A DNA stretch of 64,000 bases, taken from Chiloscyllium plagiosum (taxonomy: Eukaryota). Position numbers and translations under genes: made by a program. Positions 1-11,640 of the stretch are shown piece by piece. The notes beneath the pieces are model-generated. The model saw only the letters and a program-made list of their open reading frames with translations, was not told the origin of the DNA and ran no database searches. The DNA is taken from assembly GCF_004010195.1 (NCBI RefSeq), contig NC_057720.1:34387453-34451452 (forward strand), read 5' to 3'. Positions within the stretch are counted from its first letter, which is position 1. The number at the start of each line of letters is the position of its first letter.

Positions 1-550
1 GCCAATGAGAGTCTTGCCCACTGCTTGGAAATTTGATATTGCTTTTCTCTGGGCGATCTGACACAATTGTAAGGTTAGAAGGCACTTACATGGACCACGT
101 TGGGCATCACATCAGGTTAAATTCCCAGTCGAGCAGAAGTACCCCTTCTCTTCCCCAAAAGCTATTAGCCAATCAGAAGCTCGTGACTCTCCATCATATC
201 GATATCACCAGGAGCAGTAGATGCTTGGACAGAGTTACCTGGGGCAGGATTGGGGTCACAGGTAGGAGGATCAATGGTACAGCAGGGGTCATATTCAAGC
301 TTAGTGCAGTGATGCTCAGTGCCTCCATTTCAATTGATATCAGGGTTTGCTGGGCAGTTTTCTGGAATCAGACCTGTCTGACTCTTGTGCAAACTCTGCT
401 ACACCTTCAAATTCTAATGTCATAGAGTCAAAGAGATGTATAGCACGGAAACAGACATTCGGTCCAACTTGTCCATGCCAATGAGATATCCCAAACCAAT
501 CTGGTCCCACCTGCCAGCACCTGGCCCATATCCCTCCAAACCCTTCCTAT

Positions 551-3270
551 TCATATACCCATCCAGATGCCATTAAATGTTGCAATTGTTCTAGGCTCCA
601 CGACTTTCTCAGGCAGATCATTCCATACACATACCACCCTCTGTGTGAAAAAGTTGCCCCTTATGTCTCTTTTATATATTTCCCCTCTTATCCTAAACCA
701 ATGCCCTCTAGTTCTGGACTCGCACACCCCAGGGAAAAGACTTTGTCCATATATTCTCTCCATGCCCCACATAATTTATAAACCTCTATAAGGTAGCCCC
801 TCAGCCTCCGACACTTCAGGGAAAACAGCCCAAGCCTGGTCAGCCTCTCCCTATAGATCAAATCCTCCAACTCTGGCAACAGCCTTGTAAATCTTTTCTG
901 AACCCTTTCAAGTTTCACAACATCTTTCCAATAGGAAGGAGACCAGAATTGCATGCGATATTCCAACAGTGGCCTAACCAATGTCCTGTACATATGCAGC
1001 ATGACCTCCCAACTCCTGTACTCAATAGCCTGACGAATAAACGAAAGCACACCAAATGCCTTCTTCACTATCCGATCTACCTGCAACTCTACTTTCAAGA
1101 AGTAATGAACCTGCACTCCAAGGTCTCTTTGTTCAGCAACACTCCCTAGGACCTTAACATGAAGTGTATAAGTCCTGCTAAGATTTGCTTTCCCAAAATG
1201 CAGCACCTCGCATTTATCTAAATTTAAACTCAATCTGCCACTTCTCAGCCCATTGGCCCATCAGATCAAGATCTCGTTGTAATCTAAGGGAACCATCTTC
1301 GCTATTCACTACACCTCCAATTTTGGTGTCATCTGCAAATTTACTAACTGTACCTCTTATGCTCACAACCAAATCATTTATGTAAATGACAAAAAGTAGA
1401 GGACCCAGCACCGATCCTTGTGGCACTCCACTGGTCACAGGCCTCCAGTCTGAAAAACAACCCTCCACCACCACCCTTTGTCTTCTACCTTTGAGCCAGT
1501 TCTGTATCCAAATGGCGAGTTCTCCCTGTATTCTGTGAGATATAACCTTGCTAACCTGTCTCCCGTGGGAAACCATGACAAACGCCTTACTGAAGTCCAT
1601 ATAGATCACGTCTTCCACTCTGCCCCATTAATCCTCTTTGTTACTTCTTCAAAAAACTCAGTCAAGTTTGTGAGACATGATTTCTCACGCACAAAGCCAT
1701 GTTGTCTACCCCTAATCAGTCCTTGCCTTTCCAAATACATGTACATCCGGTCCCTCAGGATTCCCTCCAACAAATTGTCCACCACCGACATCAGACTCAC
1801 TGGTCTATAGTTCCCTGGCTTGTCCTTACCACCCTTCTTAAACAGTGGCACCACGTCTCAGTGGCACCTCCTGTCTCAGTAAATATCTCAGTAAGAGGCC
1901 CAGCAATCAATGCCCTAGCTTCCCACAGATCTTGGGTATACCTGATCAGGTCCTGGGGATTTACCCACTTTTGTGTGTTTCAAGACATCCAGCACTTCCT
2001 CCTCTGTAATATAGACATTTTTCAAGCTATCGCCATCTATTTCCCTACATACTATAAGTTCCATGTCCTTTTCAACAGTAAATACTGATGCCAAATACTC
2101 GTTTAGTATCTCCCCCATCTCCTGCACCTCGACACAAAGGCCACCTTGCTGATCTTTGAGGGCCTGTATTCTCTCCCTAGTTACCCTTTTGTCCTTAATT
2201 TATTTGTAAAAACCCTTTGGATTCTCCATAACTCAATTTTCCAAAGCTATTTCATGTCCACATTTTGCCCTCCTGATTTCTCTCTTAAGTATACTCTTAC
2301 TGCCTTTATACTCTTCTAAGGATTCACTCAATCTATCCTGTCTATACCTTACATATGCTTCCTTCTTTTTCTTAACCAAACCCTTAATTTCTTTAGTCAT
2401 CCAGCATTCCCTATACCTACCAGCCTTTCTTTTCACCCTAACAGGAATATATTTTCTCTGGATTCTCGTTATCTCATTTCTGAAGGCTTCCCATTTTCCA
2501 GCTGTCCCTTTTCCTGTGTACATCTGCCCCCAGTCAGCTTTTGAAAATTCTTTCCTAATACCGTCAAAATTGGCCTTTCTCCAATTTAGAACTTCAATTT
2601 TTAAATCTATCCTTTTCCATCACTATTTTAAAACTAATAGAATTATGGTCGCTGGCCCCAAAGTGCTTCCCCACTGACATCTCAGTCACCTGCCCTGCCT
2701 TATTTCCCAAGAGTAGGTCAAGTTTTCCACCTTCTCTAGTGGGTACATCCACATACTGAATCAGAAAATTGTCATGTATGCACTTAACAAATTCTCTCCA
2801 TCTAAACCTTTAACACAATGGCAGTCCCAGTCGATGTTTGGAAAGTTAAAATCCCCGACCATAACCACCCTATTATTCTTACAAATAGCTGAGATCTCCT
2901 TACAAACTTGTTTTTAAATTTCCCTCCGACTATTAGGGGGTCTACAATACAATCCGAATAAGGTGATCATCCCTTTCTTATTTATCAGTTCCATCCAAAT
3001 AACTTCCCCTATGTATTTCCAGGAATATCCTCCCTCAGTACAGCTGTAATGCTATCCCTAATCAAAAATGCCACTCTCCCTCCTCTCTTGCCTCCCTTTC
3101 TGTCCTTCCTGTATTATTTGTATCCTGGAACATTAAGCTGCCAGTCCTGCCCATCCCGGAGCCATGTTTCTGTAATTGCTATGATATCCCAGTCCCATGT
3201 TCCTAACCATGCCCTGAGTTCATCTGCCTTCCCTGTTAGGCCCCTTGCATTGAAATAAATGCAGTTTAAT
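551..3270 (-). pseudogene. CR1 ORF2 remnant (APE endonuclease plus reverse transcriptase)
   Basis: Collinear ORF pieces 3114-3389, 2233-2523, 1915-2127, 1606-1854, 1214-1618, 688-1233 and 551-772 carry EN, RT and C-terminal CR1 motifs. Confidence 0.93.
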
Positions 3271-3389
3271 TTATCAGTCCTACCTTGTTCTGTTTTGTCC
3301 CTGCCTGCCCTGACTGTTTGACTCGCCTTTGTTCTCAACTGTACCAATCTCAGATTAATCTCTTTCCTCACTATCTCCCTGGGTCCCAC

Positions 3390-4336
3390 ACCCCTTCCAC
3401 CTTACTAGTTTAAATCCTCCTAAGCAGCTCTAGCAAATCTCCCTGCCACAATATTAGTCCCCTTTCAATTTAGGTGCAATCCGTCCTTCTTGTAAAGGTC
3501 ATTTCTACCCCAAAAGAGATTCCAATGATCCAAAAATGTGAATCCTCCTCCCATACACCAGCTCCTCAGCCATGCATTCATTGCTCTATCCTCCCAGTCC
3601 TGCCCTCACTAGCTCGTAGCACTGGGAGTAATCCAGATATTACTACTCTCGAGGACTTCCTTTATAAATTCCTGCCTAATTCTCTGTAATCTCCCTTCAG
3701 AATCTTAACCTTTTCCCTTCTTACGTCGTTGGTTCCAATGTGTACAATGACCTCCGGCTGGACCCTCTCCCCTTTGAGTACATTCTTCACCATCTCTGAG
3801 ACATCCTTGATCCTGACACTGGGGAAGCAACATACCATTCTGATTTTTCGCTGCTAGCCACAGAAAACTGAACTTTGGACCGGAGAGTCCCCTAACACAA
3901 TTGATCTCTTGGATCCTGACGTACCTCGAATTACATTACATTACAGCCAGTCTCAATACCAGAAACTTGGCTGTCCGTGTTACGTTCCCCTGAGAATCCA
4001 TCACCCCCTACATTTTCCAAAATAGCATACTTGTTTGAAATGGGAAGAGCCACAGAAGACTCCTGTACTAACTACCTACCTCTCTAACCTTTCCTGAATT
4101 TAACCCATCTATATGACTGTTTCTGCGACTTTTCCCCCTTCCTATAACTGCCATCCCTCATATCCCTTTGCCCTTTTAAATTCCCCATTGCTTCTAAATG
4201 TCTCTCCAACCGATCCATTCGATCTGATAGGATTCAAATTTATTACATTTAATACAGATATAATCCTCAGTACCCTGTAAACTCCCCTAAACTCCCACTT
4301 TCGACAAGAAAAGCATTTCACTCTACTTAAGGCCAT
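3390..4336 (-). pseudogene. CR1 ORF1 remnant (zinc-finger-like N-terminus plus SGNH esterase-like domain)
   Basis: Starts MALSRVKCFSCRKW at 4336; esterase-type segment SRVVISGLLPVLRASEG near 3600-3650; frame broken. Confidence 0.75.
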
Positions 4337-5550
4337 TTTTGCTTCTTCAAATCTGCAGACCCAGAAAATAGCACTGTCTTATTACTCTACAAAAAAAACT
4401 GCTCCAGGTTAAATTAATACTTATGGCTTATATTTTAAGTTTAATCAAGTGACATATTTCAATAAAACATATAATCAAGAAAGAACCCACTCTACTCACT
4501 ACTGCAGACTTACTGTAAGGCCACGCTTAAAATATTCACTTATCTGTTTCTGTGCTGTGACCTCTCCTAAACAGGTTCCTCCAAGATCAGTTGTAAATTT
4601 CACTGTTTGTTAATCTTCCCAGATGCACTCCAATGCCCAGCGATATATGAATTCCAACAGCAAAGGTTGAACCTGTGCAGGTTCACTGCTCTGTCAGTTC
4701 GCAGGGTAGGTTTCTTTCTTTCTCTCTCCTGCACTGACTTCACCAAGAACTTCCTTTGTCTGTTCCTCTCTCTTTTACAAGTGCTATTGTTTTGACTTTT
4801 ATTCTCTCCAAAGTAATGCAACAGCATATAAAATAGTAATTGCTGCTCCGGGAATTCGAGGAAATCACCTCTTACACCTAAAATACCTCAAAAAAGGACA
4901 GCTGTTATAGACAGAAATTTTTCCCGTCCTCCATCTTGGATTACCAAGAATCTTTCTGATAACTAGTTTCGAGTGTCTTATTAATGAGTCTAATTGCCTT
5001 CTTCTGACTGGAAGGCAGGTTTCCCACATCAGCCCCTTCCTGTTGCTCAGTAAGTGTTGCACAGTATTTCTGCTGTTCATGAAAACTTTCAGCTTCCCAT
5101 GCATTTCTCCCTGCCCATCTGCCCATTCCAGTGAGCACTACAAAATTATCCCATTAGTGGAGAGAGAAGATACAACATGGGTAAGAAATTTAAACTAAAT
5201 TAACGTGCAGAACTAAATACGAAATTATTAATTTAAAAACTGTTCGTAGTTTCACAAAGGATATTACCAGATTAATTAACCTTTCTATTTCACTTGTTGC
5301 CTACACTTTTGATGACATCTCGTTGCTGTAAATGAACACTGTTTGACTTAGTTCCTTACACCTTTTACTTCATTGGTCCTACTATACATTATGTAACACA
5401 GGAACCTTGTGTTTATTGAGAAATAAATACACCTTAGCTTACATAATTACTTTCAGTTCAATTTAATGGCTGCATTTAATTCCATTTCAATGAGTTTTTC
5501 AATATAAGGACATTGTTATATGAGTTTGTACATACACGTGAGTCTCTTGT

Positions 5551-5840
5551 GTGGCACAGTGGCTCAGCGGTTAGCACTGCTGCCTCACAGCGCCAGGGAT
5601 CCAGGTTCTATTCTAGCCTTGGGTGACTGTTTGTGTGGAGTTCGCACTTTCTCCCCGTGTCTGCGTGGATTTCCTCCCACAGTCCAAAGATGTGCAGGTC
5701 AGGTGAATTGGCCATTTTAAATTGCCCATAGTGTTGGGTGCATTGGTCTGTGGGAGGTGGGTTGCTCTTTGGAGGGTTGGTGTGGACTTGTTGGGCTGAA
5801 GGGCCTGTTTCCACATTGTGAGGAATCTAATCTAATCTAA
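5551..5840 (+). mobile_element. HE1-type tRNA-derived SINE
   Basis: tRNA-like head with A box (TGGCTCAGCGG) and B-box-like GGTTCTATTC, conserved body, LINE-like 3' end GAAGGGCCTGTTTCC, (AATCT)n tail. Confidence 0.92.
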
Positions 5841-6639
5841 GTAGACATCTCTCTCACTGTACAGGATTTCAAAATGCTTTCAAGTATCAAAGACCTCATT
5901 ACACCAAAAGTGACAATAAAGGATAGACTAAAGCAAGAATTTAACTAAGAAATCTCCAAATTCAATCTTATTTCTTTTTCTCAACTTCCTTATCCTGTTG
6001 ACTGCATGTCTTGATTTACCTTAAGCAAACATGAATTTAAATTTTGAAGATGTTTTTTCTTAGTGCTTCTTGGTTGGCTGAATCCCAACATTTATCTCCT
6101 TCTAGAAAGATTGTGGGAGGTTTAAGTTTGGAGTGGAAAATTCCACTCACCAGTGGGCCAAGGGTCAAGATATTTTCAGTTCCACTTTCACCAGAGCTGA
6201 AAGTAGTTAATGAGAATATGACACCGCTGTACTTTTCCTTCTGTTTTTAATCCTTTTCATTTCTGTCTCTGCTTTCCTGCTGCATATCACTGCTTCTCGC
6301 GAGTTCCTCGTCTGTAACAAAAAACTAAATTTTGTTCCTGTCAAAGACTCAATACCACAGTTACAGTTCAATTAATAACTCCAGTGAATTTTGTTTTTTT
6401 TTTCTGACTTTACCCCCATCCTTTTCCTAAGTTATTAAATTCTTACAGACAGCGTTAGTACTACTGACAAAGCTCACATGTATTACAAAAACCAGAAAGA
6501 TGCTTTCCCAGAAAGTGCTACATTTCTTGACGATAGATTGATACAAAATGTTACTGGATATTTTCAAATAGCAGTTAAGAGTCAACATCTCAAAGGTGTT
6601 TCCTGCTCCCATCCTGAATTGGAAAAATTGTCAAATCTG

Positions 6640-7930
6640 TTTCTAATTTCTATCCTTTGCTCACTTTCATCTGGGTCATCTCGGATTCTTCCCTCTCATT
6701 TCTTGACTTCCCTGTTTCTGTATCTGGGGTTGGAGGTGGGGGCAACCAGTCCACCAGTATCTATTAGAAATCTACCAACTCTTACTATTATCTTGACTCC
6801 ACTTCCTCACACCCTGCTTCCAGAAAGGACTTCATTCCATTTTCCCAGTTTCTCCATTCCATCTGCTCTGATGATGCCACTTTCCATAGGGATGCTTCCA
6901 ACATATCTTCTCTTTTTCTCAACCAAGGACCACATCCACACCCCACCCCCATTGTTGCTGACAAGGCCATGCCTAACCGGTTTCGCACACTCTGCCCACA
7001 CCCCTTCCCCTCCTAGCCAGAACATTAATAGGGTTCCCCTTTTCCTCATGTTCTACTCCAGCTACATCTGCATTCGAAAGATCATCCTTCACCATTTCTG
7101 CCACCTCCAGCAGATCTCAACCCAATGTATCATTCTCTCCTCTCCTTGTCAGAATTCTGTAAGTGCCATTCCCTCTGTGACACCCTCATCCACACCACTA
7201 TCACTCCTAAAATTTCCTCATTTCACCCAAGCTGCCCCCTCCCTGACCATGTCATCTTCCCATGGGTCCTCTCCCCTCACTCTCCCAAGGTTTACCTTCC
7301 GGGTGAAGTGGCGGTTTACTCTATACTTCATTTGATCTGCTATACTGTATTTGTTGTTCACAATGCAGTCTCCTCTACACTGGTGAGATCAAATGCAAAC
7401 TGGGCAGACACCTTGGTGGAATGTCTCCACTCTGTTTGCAACAATGAGCCTAATCTTCCAATTGCTTGTCATTTCAATGCATCATCTTGCTCCTGTGCTA
7501 ATATTGGGGTCCCAGACTTGTTGCAAGCCTGTTCCAGGAATGCCAAATACCCCATTTTGTACGATAGCATTTTACAGCCTTCAGGTCTCAGTGGACTCAA
7601 CAATTTAAGATTGTAAGCACTTTCCTTCATTTCGATTGCAACCTCCTTACCCCCGCTTCTCTCAGCAGTGCTATTCACACCTACCACTGACCCATGTTTC
7701 TATAACTCTCCTCCAGTATCATTAGCACTCCTTCTGCCTTTTCTTCTGGGCACTCTCATAACATGTTTCACTTGTTCCTCCTCCCTCTTTGTCAACAGCA
7801 TGCAAGTTATCTTTTTCCTAGTCCCTTTAGTTCCAATGAAGAGTTGCATTGGACTTGAAATACTAACTCTGTTTCTCTTCACAAATGCTGCCCGACCCTG
7901 AAGAATTTCTAGAACACTTTCTGTTTTTAT
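6640..7930 (+). mobile_element. Old, decayed Penelope-like element (RT C-terminus/GIY-YIG region and 3' end)
   Basis: C-rich; NRVPLFLMF parallels DRTSLVLTF of the PLE at 28.2-30 kb; ends in PLE-type terminus AATGCTGCCCGACC...TTTCTGTTTTT. Confidence 0.7.
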
Positions 7931-8989
7931 TAAGATTCATATATTGGTATGGGATTGGAGTTAGATGTAGACTGAGTCGAGGGCTTCACTTCCATTGGTA
8001 TCTTTATTGTATTTTCAGATTTCTTTTTAAATTGAATCCACATTGTCAAACTGCCGTGGTGGGAGTTTAAATTTATAATCTCTGAATAACAGATGCAGGA
8101 TTCTGAACTATCAGTCCAGTAACATAACCACGCCAACACTGCATTCTGTAGATAAACTGGGATACAGCTCCATGGGCACTACTCCTGTTTCAGACATGTG
8201 CCTATTCTTCACGCTTGTGCCATTTGACCAGGTATCAAACCTTGAGAATATCACTGTTCCACTTTCCTGATCTCATCCACATATGATATCCAAATGCCCT
8301 TGGATTTCCCATCAAGTCATTGTGTGTCAAGCTAAATTAAGCCAGTCTTGCACAAAGCTGTAAACTCTTGAAGCAGGGGAGTTACACTCTAAGAGGTGCA
8401 TTTAGTCACTGTGCCATCAGTTCAATCAAAGTTGCTTCCAAGCTAAACAAAATCCATACTATTGATAGCAAATAGCTATTAAAAGCTTTATGTGCTGTCA
8501 GTTCCTGATCAGTCAATAAAGGACAATACTTAGCAACATCAGCTCAGTAATGAGAATATTCCATCTGCTCCTAACAAGAAACGATATCTTATTGCCAGGA
8601 GCTAGGTGCTGTCCTGCTGAAAGTAGCCCAAACCTTTCGAATAACTGAGGACAGCCTTGCTGGGAATGTGGCCTACATTTGATTCTGACGGGAATGTGGT
8701 ACTTACCAGCCTTAACATGCAAGATGAAATCCAATATTTATGAAGAGAAAAAAAACAATGATTTCTAACCTTATTTTGCTATTCTTCAGGGAAACTGGGC
8801 ACTAAAATAGACAGCATGGGGATGGCAATCATGCTAACTCATATAGGGGAGGCAGCACAGCAACATTGTACTGCCTGCTCAGTCCACTTAATACACCCCC
8901 GGCAATCAATGGCATCACTACTGCTACATCGTACACCATCAACATCTTTTGGGGTCACCAATGACCAGAAACCTAACCATAAATACTGT

Positions 8990-10140
8990 AACAACAAAAG
9001 CATATGGGAGACTTGGAATTCTGGGTTGACTAATTCACCTCTTTTGACACCCCAAAGACTGTCCAACTTCTACAAGGCACAGACTAGGGGCATGACATAT
9101 ACACTCTACATCCTTCGATGACTGCAGCTGAAACAATGCACAAGAATCTCCAACCTATCTTTTCTCTAATGTCCATCCCTAATTACCTTTGAGAAAGGGA
9201 TGCTGAGCTGCCATCTTGAAGCACTGTAGTCCACGTGGTGTGTGGGTATGCTGCTAGAGATATTAGTTTCAGGTTTTTGGTGCAGCAACAGTGAAGGAAC
9301 AATGATATAGTTCCAAGTCATCATATAGTTTTTTTTATTCATTAGTAGGACATGAGCATTGCTGGTTGGGCCAGCATTTATTACCCATCCCTATTTGGCT
9401 TTGCGAAGGTGGTGTTGAGCTGCCTTCTTGAATCACCATGAGTATTTGTTGAAGGTAGACCATTAATGCCATTAGGGAGGGAGTTCCAGGATTTTGACCC
9501 AGTGACATTGAAGGGATGGCAATGTATTTCCAAGTCAGGATGGTGAGTTTCTTGGTGGTCTTGCAGGTGGCAGTATTCCCATGTATCTGCTGTCCTTATC
9601 CTTCTAGAAGGTTTGGGTTTGGAAGGTGCTGTCTAAGTTTCTTTGGTGAATTTCTGCAGTGCATCTTCTAGATAGTACACACTGCTGTCACTGAACAGTG
9701 GTGGTGGAGAGAGTTGATATTTGTGGATATAGTGACAATCAAGTGGATTGCTTTATCCTGAATGGTGACAAGCCTATTTAGTGTTGTTGGAGCTACACCC
9801 ACACAGGCAAGTGGGAAATACTTCATCACATTCCTGACCTATTCCTTGTAGATGATGGATAGGCTTTGGGGAGTCAGGAGGTGAGCTACTTGTCGCAGTA
9901 TTCCTAGCCCTTGACCTGGTCTTGTAGTCACTCTGTTTATGTGGTGAGTCCAGTGGAGCATCTGGTCATAAATTATACACTCCATGGTGCAGCAGCGATA
10001 AAGGGAGGGAATATTTAACATGATAGATGGAATGCTGATTAAGCCAGCTGCTTTGCCTGGATGATGTCAAGCTTCTTAGTGTTGTTGGACTCAATGAGAC
10101 AAGTGCAGAATATTCTATCACACTTCTAATTTGCAAGTGA
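8990..10140. mobile_element. Cluster of 3' fragments of a second CR1/L2-type LINE family (mostly minus)
   Basis: Recurrent GCCAGCATTTATT.CCCATCCCTA end and peptide LGILRQVAHLLTPQSLSIIYK. Confidence 0.7.
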
Positions 10141-11028
10141 AATTGTAGAGTCTTGCTCCTGCATTGCAGTACATAGAATTTCCATTTGTCAACTGAAGCA
10201 TAGGTCAGATCTCTGTATTCCTGCTGCTGTAGCAGAGTTGAATCCTTAATCCTTAAATTTGCATAAAACAGCTATGTAGATTGTGCTGGTTCCCTGTCAG
10301 ATTTGTAAGCTTCTGGAGTAGGAAGGCTGTGCCACCAGACCCACAATAAAATTGTTCATCAATAGAATGAACACTTTGATCTTATTCTGTAGTGAAATTA
10401 ATGTCAAAATTCAATCAGTTAAACCTAGCCCATTTTCAAAACTAATCCAAGGCTGTGCTATTATTTTCATGACAAAATCTATTTTTTAAATTGACTTAAC
10501 CTTTCCATTACAGCATACTTATTAAAACCAAATAACTAATATGGTCAATGCAATCTGCTGTAACAGGAGTGCACAATATCACTTAGTGACAGTATATTCC
10601 TCCCATGTCCATCCAAATAGCTGTAATAAGGAATAACAATCTATTGCCAAGTTCCCATTCCAAGCTTCAATCATTAAGATAGCAACTGTCCAGTGTGGCC
10701 ACATATTGGTTTCCCATATGCTGTTTCATTCAGTATGGGAATCTGGATTTTGCACTTGCAATATCTGTGCAGTGAGTTCCCACTCTCAGACAGGTTGCTT
10801 TGTGCAATTTCAGAGGATAGAGTAAATGAAAGAGAATAACTTAATTTGGGCTCCTCCCACAATTCTGTGACTACAATTCCAGCGGTGCCAGAATAAATAT
10901 TTGATAGCACAAAAGCAAAGTGAAGGGAAGGCTGAAAATGAATGTCTGAGTTAGGATATTAAATTATCCGTTGCTCTCCGCCTTCTCTAGGTAGATGGAG
11001 AATGATTGAGGAGGGGAGATGTTCTCAG

Positions 11029-11640
11029 TCATAGAATCATAGAGATGTACAGCACAGTAACAGACCCTTCAGTCCAATTCATCCATATCGGCCAGAAATC
11101 CTAAATAAATCTAGTCCCATTTGCCAGCACTTGGCTCAAATCCCTTTAAAGCCTTCCTATTCATGCCTCTTAAATGTCGTAATTGTACCAGCCTTCATTA
11201 CTTCCTCTGACAGCTCATCCCATACACGCACTGCCCTCTGCGTGAAAATGTGCCCATTTGGGTCCCTTTTAAATCTTTCCCCTCTCTCCTTAAACCTATC
11301 CCCTCTAGTTTTGGACTCCCCTACACTGGAGAAAAGACCTTGACGATTCACCTATCCATGTTCCTCACGACTTTATAAACCTTTATAAGGTGACCCTTCA
11401 GTCTTCAACGCTCAGGGAAAACAGCCCCAGCCTATTCAACCTCTCCCTATAGCTCAAACCCTCCAAACCTGGCAACATTCTTGTAAATCTTTTCTGCACC
11501 TTTTCAAGTTTCACAACATCTTTCTTAAAGCAAGAAAACCAGAATTGAATGCAGCATTTCAAAAGTAGCCTAACCAATGTCCTGTACAGCTGCAACATGA
11601 CCTCCCAACTCATATACTCAATGCACTGATGAATAAAGGC
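11029..11640 (-). mobile_element. 5'-truncated CR1 (HER1-like) LINE
   Basis: YRTLVRLLL...LEKVQKRFTRMLPGL and RGHI/FTQRAVRVW-type motifs; same 3' tail as the 419 copy. Confidence 0.9.

Larger units (their letters stand above)
419..4940 (-). mobile_element. Near full-length, disabled CR1-clade LINE (HER1-like)
   Basis: Minus-strand order: 5' UTR; ORF1 remnants (Cys motif VKCFSCRKW, SGNH-esterase-like RVVISGLLPVLRASEG); APE endonuclease (LNCIYFNARGL...IIAITETWL); RT (PGNYRPVSLMSVV, QHGF, GVPQGSVLGPLLFVIYINDL, KFADDTK); ACTCTATG-type 3' tail at ~419-435. Several frameshifts/stops and an internal deletion near 1860. Confidence 0.95.

Noticed and set aside
1..418. 130-aa ORF and GC-richer flank before the LINE
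   Set aside because: No domain recognised; no frame continuity with sequence beyond 4940 after removing the LINE
5551..5620. tRNA-like sequence
   Set aside because: SINE head, not a tRNA gene; continues into SINE body and tail
6478..7335. 285-aa plus-strand ORF
   Set aside because: Low-complexity out-of-frame read through a decayed C-rich Penelope element
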